DNA from: the human T2T-CHM13v2.0 reference genome, Homo sapiens
NCBI RefSeq assembly: GCF_009914755.1
Contig: NC_060925.1
Length of the DNA stretch: 64,000 nucleotides
Reading direction: 5' to 3' (one strand)
Within the stretch, counting starts at the first letter, position 1, and the number at the start of each line of letters is the position of its first letter. Below are positions 53,890 through 64,000 of the stretch, one piece after another. The translations under genes were made by a program, and so were the position numbers. The notes under the pieces are model-generated. The model saw nothing but the letters and a program-made list of their open reading frames with translations. It did not search any database and was not told the DNA's origin.

Positions 53890-56450
53890 GTGCTGGGCAT
53901 CTGGACATGACAGGGCCTAGAGGAGGAGGTAAAGTGTAGGGAGGCTCCCAGAGGAGGTGACCTGTGAGTCAGATTTTGAGAGTTTTCCAAAGGAACGCAC
54001 GGAAGTGGACAGCAGAGAAAAGGGAGGACGATATTCCAGGCACAGAGAGCAGAGTAGAGAATGCCATAACATCACAGAAGGACATGAGGTATTGGTGAAA
54101 GGTTGGGTGTTTAGCTGTTGTTTTGATTGGTAGTTAGGCTCATGGACTAGGGAGTAAGACAGTCTGGGTTCAAATTCTATTCCATCACTTCCCAGTAGTG
54201 TGATCTTGGGCAAGTCATCAGCTCTGCATCTTATTTCCTTAAGTCTTGAGAGGGGAGTGGAGGTGGAGCTGGGGCTAGAGAGGAGGGTCAGGGCCGGGTG
54301 GAAAATGCCATACGGTGCCATGAGAAGGAGCCTTTCTCCTGCAGGAGTGGAGGTCACTGAAGGACAGGCAGGTCTGTGTTTAGACAGATTACCAGTAGCA
54401 GGGTGGATGTTGGACTAGAAGAGAGAAGAAACCACAAACAGGGGAACTAGTTAGCAGACTGTTGAAGAAGTCTCCCATCCCTTCATGAATTCTACAAATA
54501 CTGAATGCCCACACTGTGCCAGCGACTGTTCTGGGCATTAGAGATCTATAAGACAACAAAATAAAGACTGTTGCCCTCTGGGAGCCTACACCTTACTAGG
54601 GGGAGACAGGCAACAAACACATAAATAATATGATATATAGTGTTTCAGATAATATGAAAAGCAATGGGAAAAAAATAAAGCAGGGAAGGAGGATAGAGAA
54701 CGTGGGCAGGGTTGCAATTTTAGATAAGGGGATCAGCGAAGGCCCTGGTGAGAAAAGGATTAAAAGGCCTAAAGGGAGTGAGGGAGGAAAGCATTCCAGG
54801 TCCCAGGGAAAGCCTTCCAGGCAGAGAGAACAGCAAAGGCAGAGCCTGAGGTCAGAGCGTTCCTGGTGAGATCTTGGGAAAGCAAGGAGGCCAGTGTGGC
54901 TGGAGCAGAATCAAGGCAGGCAGGGTGGGGGCCAGGGGCAACATCAGAGACAGGGGAGGAGGCAAACTGTGTAGGGTGGGGTTGGCAAAGCTTATCTGTA
55001 AAGGGCCGGACAGTAAACATAATATTTCAGACTTTGTGCACCACGTGGTCTCTCTTGCAACTGCTGAACTCTGCCCTTGTAGTGTGAAAACAGCCACAGA
55101 CCAAATGTAAAAGAATAAACATGGCTGTTTCAACAAAACTTTACTTACAAAAATGGGTGATGGGTCAGAATGGCCTGCACACCATAGTCTGTCAACCCTG
55201 ATGTAGGACATTAGAGACACTGAAGGTCTTAGTTTTACTTGAATAAGATGGAGAGCTATCACAGGGTTTTGAGTAAAGAAGGAGCACAATGTAACTGATG
55301 TTGCATTTGGATCATTCTGGCTGCTGTGTGAGAATAGACTGCATGGGGGTCCGGGGTGGAAGTAGGGAGACCAACTCTATTATTTATTCTCTGAGTGACC
55401 TTGGGCAAGTCACACAGCCTCCCTGGCCTTCAGTTTCCTCTTTTGTAAACTGGGGTAATAGTGTAATGATACCTAGCTTATGGAGCGGTTGTGAAGGGTA
55501 AATGAATCAACATATGCAAAGCACAAGGGAAGTGCCTGGCACACAGTAAGCACTATATATGGTAGCCATTTTTATTAATGCAGTCATTTAGACAAGATAC
55601 AGTGATGGCATGAACCAGGTTATGCTGGTAGAAGTAATAAAAAGTGATCTGATTCTGGACATATTTTGAAGGTAGAGCAAACAGAATTTTCAGATGATTT
55701 GTATACAGGGTGGAGAGAAAGAGAGAAATTAAGGAAGATTTTAACTTTTTTGTCTGAGTAACTGAAAAATGGAGTTGTTCTTTACCTAGAAGAGAAAAGC
55801 CGTGGGAAGAATGAGTTTTCAGGGGATCATGAAGAATTCAATGTTAGACAGTAGGATCTGTAAGCCTCATTCAGAGGAGAGCCCATTGAAAGTTAAGGAG
55901 ATGAGAAAGAACCAACAAAGATAATGGAAATGAGGCAGACAGCGAGGTAGGCAGAAAACCAGAAGGACTTGGCATCCTGGAGTTCAAGGGAGGAAGGCAC
56001 TGGAAGGAGGGAGGTGTGCATCAAATTTTGATAGGTCAGGTAAGCTGAGGATAAGAATCACTGGGTTTAGCAATGTAGAAGACTGGAGCAGTTTTGGTGG
56101 AGTGGTGGGTGCGCAAGCCTGAGGGAGCAGGTTTAACAGAGAATGGAAACTGAGTGTTTGCAGACAGCAAGTAGAAACAGCTGTTGGGGAAAATTGGCTG
56201 AAAGGGGAAGATGGAAAATGAGGCCATAACTGGGGCAAGCCATGAGGTCCAGACAGAGATGACAAGCGATAATGGAGCAATAGATATCAAGGGCCTTGGA
56301 AGATGGGATGAGACGAGTCCAAAGGCATTTCTGATGAAGAGGACCTGGAGACTGTCGAGGTGTGTGGAGTGAGGGAGAAGTCTAGGCTGGCTCCCGGGTT
56401 CCTGGCGTGCATAACTGAGGGGGTTGTTGGGAGCAGCATTCCTTCTCTGT
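53890..56450 (-). mobile_element. L2 fragments with MER58-like (54965-55200) and MIR insertions
   Basis: L2 motifs. MER58-like GGGGTTGGCAAA...GTCAACCCTG. Confidence 0.65.
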
Positions 56451-56536
56451 GCTTTGGTAGCATCTTGGGCATGCTGCTATTGCCGCATACATTGCACTGT
56501 CATATAATTGTTTATGAGTCTGCCTGCTATTTGAAG

Positions 56537-57735
56537 ACTGTGCCATGTTCCATATTTATCTCTGTGCAACTGGTGTAGAGTGAGTGCTTGGAAGCGAAGC
56601 AGCAGCTCCGGGAAGGCCGCAGTTTCAGTGGTCTGGTCTTGACAAGACAGCGATTTATTTCTTCCATGCCCCATGATAGAGCATATTTCTCCTGTTCTGT
56701 CTACATCTCTGTAGGGTCCAGCCCTACATGGCCTGTGGGTTTTTCTCTTCGTGTGCGGAGATGAGAGATCGTAGAAATAAAGACACAAGGCAGAGATAGA
56801 AGAAAAGACAGCTGGGCCCAGGGGACCACTACCACCAAGGCGCGGAGATCGGTAGTGGCCCCTAATGCCTGGTTGTGCTGTTATTTATTGTATACAAGGC
56901 AAGAGGGCAGGGTAAGGAGTGTGAGTCGTCTCCAATGATAGGTAAGGTCGCGCGAGTCACGTGGCCACAGGACAAATAGGGAGCCTTTCCCTATTTGGTA
57001 GTCGAGGAAGAGAGAGAGAGGACAGCTTACGTCATTATTTCTTCTATGTATTTCTTGGAGAGATCAAAGACTTTAATACTTTCACTATTTCTGCTACTGC
57101 TATCTAGAAGGTGGAGCCAAGTGTACAGGGCAGAACATGAAAGTGGACCAGGAGCGTGACCGCTGAAGCACAGCATCAGAAGGAGACGTTTAGGCCTCTG
57201 GATGGCTGTGGGTGGGCCTGATTAATGTCAGGCCTTCCACAAGAGGTGGTGGAGCAGAGTCTTCTCTAACTCCCCCCGGGGAAGGGAGACTTCCTTTCCC
57301 GGTCTGCTAAGTAACGGGTGCCTTCCCAGGCACTGGCGCTACCGCTAGACCAAGGAGCCCTCTAGTGGCCCTGTCTGGGCATAACAGAGGGCTCACACTT
57401 GTCTTCTGGTCACTTCTCACCATGTCCCTTCAGCTCCTATCTCTGTATGGCCTGGTTTTTCCTAGGTTATAATTGTAGAACAAAGATTATTATAATATTG
57501 GAATAAAGAGTAATGCTATAAACTAATGATTAATAATATTCATATATAATCATATCTATAATCTATTTCTAGTATAACTATTCTTATTGTATATATTTTC
57601 TTTATTACACTGGAACAGCTTGTGCCCTTGGTCTCTTGCCTCGGCACCTGGGTAGCTTGCCGCCCACACATCTCCACTGCCCTTCCTTTCCAGAGATTCC
57701 AATGGATTCTTACCTAAGATGCCATAACTCAACCA
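56537..57735 (+). pseudogene. Relic exon split by LTR13
   Basis: CAMFHIYLCATGV / GLVLTRQRFISSMPHDRAYFSCSVYI|STALPFQRFQWILT. The frame is continuous once the LTR and one TSD copy are removed. Compare recalled GLFNLYHAMDG..HVLVV..YWPNH. Confidence 0.45.
56710..57668 (-). mobile_element. Solo ERVK LTR13/LTR13A
   Basis: Minus strand starts TGTGGGCGGCAAGCTACCCAGGTGCCGAGGC. Perfect 6-bp TSD CATCTC. Confidence 0.9.
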
Positions 57736-58010
57736 TAGTTAATAGGGAAGTATGGTTGGCATTCCATCAGGATCCCAGAGCTGAGTATGACAACTAGGGC
57801 TACAACCCAACTGTTTCCTGTTGAGTTTCTGGAGCCCTGTTAGGTGTGGTTGTCTGGAATCTGAGCTGTTGCATCCCTATCCCCATATGACTGACCCTGA
57901 CATCTTTTAGAAGTTGATTCAGTGGTGCCCTAACATTGGTGTGGCCCACTGATCCTCCATGCCCAGAATCTTCCCCATGGATGATTCCATCTTCTGCTTT
58001 TTAACACAAG

Positions 58011-58150
58011 CCAGCAATCCAAGCTCTAGGAAGACAAACTTTACACTGATGAAATGACTCAATACCTCTTGGTGCTGAGGAAGGGCTATTTTTATATTTC
58101 CAATGCTTTATGGACTGTTGTGAGGCCTCAGAAATCCAGGCTCCTCTGAA
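58011..58150 (+). pseudogene. Relic exon, glycosyltransferase-like region
   Basis: EDKLYTDEMTQYLLVLRKGYFYISNALWTVVRP versus recalled PFIVISDDSCVMWNVV. Boundaries are approximate. Confidence 0.45.
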
Positions 58151-58539
58151 GTACATCCTCTTAGGCAACAGCCCCACCCACAGTCCCCTGTCCTACCTGA
58201 CAATAAAAAACTGAGATGCATGGGCGAGGCTGAGGGAGAAGCTGGTGAGCAACGGCAACACAAGGCAGTGAAGAGAGGGGACTTGGGAACGTGGCAGTGA
58301 AAAAAGTCAGCCTGTGTCTCAGTGATGTGTGTGTGAGGGACCCAAACACTCAACCCAGATCACATTCTATGGGAAAGGTGAGGATTAAATGAAATGACAT
58401 AGATACAGCGAAGAGCACAGGGTGGGCAGTTAGTAATTTTTAGCTGCCTTTTCTTTTACTATTTGAAATGTGCATTATAAATTACAAAGTGACAGATGCT
58501 AGTTGCTAGGATGAGGCAGGTACCAGTCCAATGGACTAG

Positions 58540-58885
58540 ACAAGTGTTTCTCAAACTCTAATGTACCTAAGAAATAGCTGGGGATCTTGTTGATCTGTGG
58601 ATTCTGTTTCAGCGGGTCTAGGATGATGTCTGAGATCCTACAGGTCTAACAAGCTCCCAGGTGATTCCAATTCATTGAACTCTTTGAATAGCAAAGGTCT
58701 AGAACAGCGGTCTTACCCAGGCTACACATTCAAATGATCTAGTGAGATTTATAAAGTATGGGCTTTCTGCTCTTGCACTCCATCTACTGAATCAGAATTT
58801 CCAGTGGTGGAGCTTAGACATTTACAGTTTTAATAGGCAAGCCAGATGACTCTAGTGTTCAGCCAGGACTGAAGACCACTGGCCT
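58540..58885. mobile_element. Two MER5 hAT elements
   Basis: AGTGTTTCTCAAACT...TAACAAGCTCCCAGGTGAT and CTACTGAATCAGAA. Confidence 0.65.
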
Positions 58886-59899
58886 AAGGCCCTGTATTCT
58901 TTCTAATTCTGTTCTCCAGCTAATTCTGATTCATTCAATCAGTGATATTTGTTGAGCTTCTATTCTCTGCCAGGCAGTGAATTTGGCAAGGAGAACAAAC
59001 AAAAAAACCAGCAATGACAGTGCATATGCTAAATGCTGGGCAGAGGATGCCTTGCATGGGAGCCCAGGACAGTGGGTGTGGTGATTTAGCCATCTTGATT
59101 GGTCACAGGCAAGGAAGGCTTCTCTGTGGGAGGTGAGGGTAGGACTGAGTTTAAAGAAGGAATAGAACCAAGTTAGAACAATAGGAAAAGCCGTAAAATA
59201 ACATAACATGCTGGAAAAGACTTGAGTTCACTCAAGGGAAGGGTAAGTAACTAGGCTGGAGAAGACATTAGGAAGAAGATCATGAAGGGGTGCTAAGTTA
59301 GGAGTTTGACTTTCATCCTGAATGCTAGGATTTTAAGAAGACTGAATGTTGGAAAATAGCAAACACAAAACAAACATTCAGCCTCAACATTATAATTTTG
59401 ATGTTACTATTATTATTATTACCGGTTTGTGTTTAAGAGATATTATACTGACAATAGGATGGAGAATTGGCTACAGGAGACCTAGGCTAGAAACAGGGAA
59501 AGTGGTCACAAACTATTATAGTAACCCAGTCAAGGAATGAGACAGATATGAAGGAGGTAGATTTGGCAGGACTTGAAAGACATGGTTCTTGCAATAATTT
59601 AAACATTCCCATGTGCACATAGCAGTTTGCAAATTCCTTTCATATAACAAACTTGAGAAGGAGTTAGCATAAGCATTAGTCCAATTTTACTAATAAAGGA
59701 AACTGAGACTCAGAAATGAACTGACTTATTTACGGTCACATGACAAGTGTGTGAGCAATTCTGGTTTATCTGACTCAACATCAGGCATTCCTTTTGCTGT
59801 GTTGGGCCGCCTCCTATAAGGTAGACATCCTATATGAACACTGGGAAGGGTGGGGTAACCCCTCCTGGTTGGCATGTGGGGTGTACTGGTGTGGCCTTA

Positions 59900-60225
<326 letters not shown>

Positions 60226-60315
60226 GGGACCCTGAGTTCAACAACTCTGTTACCATTAACTCGACATTCCCAGATATGGAAATAGGGGCCAGAGTCTCAA
60301 CACTGGAATTTTCAG

Positions 60316-60379
60316 ACAGTTTTGAGAAGAATCCATCAAGGGCTCCCAGCTTTTCCCAACAAAATCTTAGAGCTGACAG
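60316..60379 (+). pseudogene. Relic exon (64 nt, phase 0-1)
   Basis: ttttcag| ... CAG|gttatg. Open frame TVLRRIHQGLPAFPNKILELT(G). Phase matches the next exon. Confidence 0.45.
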
Positions 60380-61687
60380 GTTATGAAAGCAAAGTAGCAA
60401 TGGAAGTACAGATATTGGAGCAGTTGGCAGGGGTAGGGGAAGTTATCCTGATCCATCTTTGCCTTTGTCTCTGTTTCAAAGCCATGTCCCTTTCTCCACT
60501 CATTCCCCTCATTTCCCTCTTCTCCATCAATTAATTTCCACCTCTCTCTAATCTCTGCCTTCCCCCTGGCTGCTCCTCTCAGGCTTCAAGTTTGCTCCAA
60601 ACTCACTCATCCTTAAAGGACCACCTCATCTTAGTCCTGCCATATTCTCAAGCTACTGCCCTGCAGAGCTAATAAACAACTCCACCCACGCTTCACAGAG
60701 GAACGGGAAGGTTTAATCTGATTTTTACGTCTGTCGTCTGACTACTGTCTCTGATTATCTCAAGTTCAAAGTTGGCCTTCTGATTACTGTGACTCTCTTT
60801 GAGAACTGATAATGGCTTACAAATGGATTCCTTTACCACACTTTTGTTCGTCTGATGTTTCATGGACTGTCTCTGTGTAAACTTAGTTATTTAATGTCTC
60901 ATACTTTGGGGGATAGTGCATCAGTGAGGAATCTGTTTGGCTATTAACTTTGTTTTAAACATATAACATAGACAGAGATGATACACATCAAATGATTTGT
61001 CTCACAGGCAAAAAGGCAGGGGAAGGTACTTGTAGGCTAGAGCAGCAGCCCCTTTACACAATCGTCAGCGTTCTAGGCCCCTCTGTCTTTTCACACTGTC
61101 ACCTTTGGCATGTTGGTTTGCGGCCCAAAGGCTGCAAGATGGCAGTGCATCTCCAAGCATCCTCCAGGTAGGCAGAAGCAAGAAGGGCAAAGTGGGGAAA
61201 ACCGGGCCTTGCCAGCCAACTCTGCCACTCTCTATTGAGAAGACAAAAGCTTTCCTGGAGTCCACACCCAGTAGAATTCTGTGTCCATCTCATTTCACAC
61301 AGCCGCCTACAGCTGGAAGGTAGCTAAGGAGGAGTGTTTTGGATGGGCTGGGTCAGTCAACAAGCAGCATCGTTCACATATCCTCATATATATGGGGAAG
61401 ACTTTGCTTATGGTTTAGCTGTGTGCAAAACAAGTTACAGTGACTGGTGTTTCAGATGTCAGGACCTGTATTAGGTGTAGCATAAATTCTGTCAAGTGAA
61501 GACTACCATCTCCCTTTTACAGATAAGGAAGCTGAAGAGCAGAGAGGTGGAATAACTTATTGAAGCTCATACAACCTGAAGAAAAGTATTTTTCTGTTAA
61601 AACAAACATACATTATGACATAAAACCAAAAAATCCTCACCAATTTTAGAGATAAAAATTAGTGACTGCACAGACATTCCATATGGC

Positions 61688-61936
61688 AGGGGTCACCAAC
61701 CCCTGGGCTGCAGACCCCTGTCAGTGGCGTGTTAGGATCTGGGTCGCACAGCAGGAGGTGAGCCATGAGCCAGCATTACCTCCTGAGCTCCGCCTGCTGG
61801 TGCGAGCTCCTTATGAGAATCTAACTAATGCCTGATGACCTGAGGCAAAACAGTTTCATCCCAAAACCACCCCCACCCCCCAACCCCCGTCCATGGAAAA
61901 ATTGTCCCTGGTGCCAAAAAGGTCTGGGACCACTGC
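61688..61936. mobile_element. MER1-like hAT element
   Basis: CAGGGGTCACCAACCCC...GGTGCCAAAAAGG..GGGACCACTG. Confidence 0.7.
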
Positions 61937-62511
61937 CATATGGACTATGCCCTTGACTCTCCCAAAGGAACATTTCCCCATTCCTCACTCGCTGGGGTAC
62001 CTCGCTGGGAAAGTATGAGAAGCCCCAGCGGCCACCGTCACGTGGGGATAACAAGATATACACAAAAAAGTGAGCTTCCGCTACGGGAATTCAGGCCTGA
62101 TGCAGTCTGTGATGTGAGGATGTCTCAGGCACTGCCATGCAGATGAGTGGGAAATGAAGGGGACTGATGGGAAGTGCCCTGAGGTGACAGGAGGGAGCAG
62201 TTCCCGAGGGAGCCACAATGGTCAGGGAGGGCTTGGGGGATTGGCAGATAGAAGTGGGCCTTGAAAGGAAAATAAGAGTTGTACAAGCAAGAAGGAGATA
62301 GAAACGGTATTCCAGGTGATGAGAAAAGTATGCCCAAATTTTGGAAGCCAGAGAGTGGGATACTCCAGGGAGAGTGAAAAGACAGCCTGGCTAGAGGAAA
62401 TGGGTCCTGAAGGAGAGAAATGAGAGATCACTCTGGAAAGGAAGTCTGGGGCTGGTTCCTGAGGGAAGTCCCCTGAGATCCAACATCTTCTTCTGTTCTT
62501 TCTACCCACAG

Positions 62512-62657
62512 GTCAGGAATTACACAGATATTGTTTGCTCTGCAGACCTGAGCTGCCTCTTAAGGGTGCTGATTACACAGCCTTCTTCATCTCAGCCTAT
62601 GTCCAGATGGATCACAGAATCCTCACCACAAGGGAGCTGGCCAGCCTGACCTGGAAG
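62512..62657 (+). pseudogene. Relic exon (146 nt, phase 1-0), frame intact
   Basis: Long pyrimidine tract with cag| ... AAG|gtgggg. Open frame with GC-rich third positions, GQELHRYCLLCRPELPLKGADYTAFFISAYVQMDHRILTTRELASLTWK, versus recalled IMHYALLG...[22 protein letters not shown]. Confidence 0.6.
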
Positions 62658-62813
62658 GTGGGGGCTTTCCTGCCATTGGTGCCTATTGCTTTGGGCTTGC
62701 ATACTCAGTACAGGTTGACACCTAACTCTAATGCCACCTGCTATGCCAACAGGACCATCCAGAAACTCAACCAAGGCACCACAGACTGCTGGGGAAAGGT
62801 TCTTGCTGTTTTA

Positions 62814-63151
<338 letters not shown>

Positions 63152-63383
63152 TCATCAGTTAGGCCCTGACCAAATGGGCTAGGGGACATGAGGACAGATG
63201 GGGACGGGGAAAAAAAGGAGCAGATACCTTAGCTCAGGTCCTCATCCCCAGCTGGGTTCCCTTCTCCTCCAAGGAATCCTTTCCAGGAGTGGAGAAAGAG
63301 GCATCTCAGCCAGGGTCCCTGGAGGCCAGACTTTTTCATCCCCTTTCATATGTGAAGAGGCTGAATAATCATCTTAACCCCCT

Positions 63384-64000
<617 letters not shown>

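Overview
Primate (human-like) genomic DNA that is rich in Alu, L1, L2, MIR, LTR and DNA-transposon repeats. The left part holds the 5' end of SLC1A7 (EAAT5, a retinal glutamate transporter) on the minus strand: coding exon 1 at 13734-13868 and exon 2 at 5771-5850. Intron 2 runs off the left edge. From general knowledge this is human 1p32 on the CPT2 side of SLC1A7, and no CPT2 exon is visible. The main observation is that the apparently intergenic ~28-62.7 kb contains an ordered chain of about 18 decayed plus-strand exons, head-to-head with SLC1A7. Many have recognisable splice sites and mutually compatible intron phases. Their translations match, in order, motifs I recall from GREB1/GREB1L (N-terminal CxxC region, central region, C-terminal glycosyltransferase-like domain). 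Stops, frameshifts, a dead donor site and LTRs inserted inside exons suggest an unprocessed (unitary) pseudogene of a third GREB1-family paralogue. That family assignment rests on by-eye comparison with remembered sequence and needs TBLASTN/GeneWise confirmation. Other findings: strong-context upstream AUGs in the SLC1A7 leader, an Alu gene-conversion patch, a ~130-bp inverted duplication around a CTCF-like motif, a microhomology deletion scar and a possible retrocopied 3'UTR. Repeat boundaries are approximate unless a target-site duplication (TSD) is quoted.
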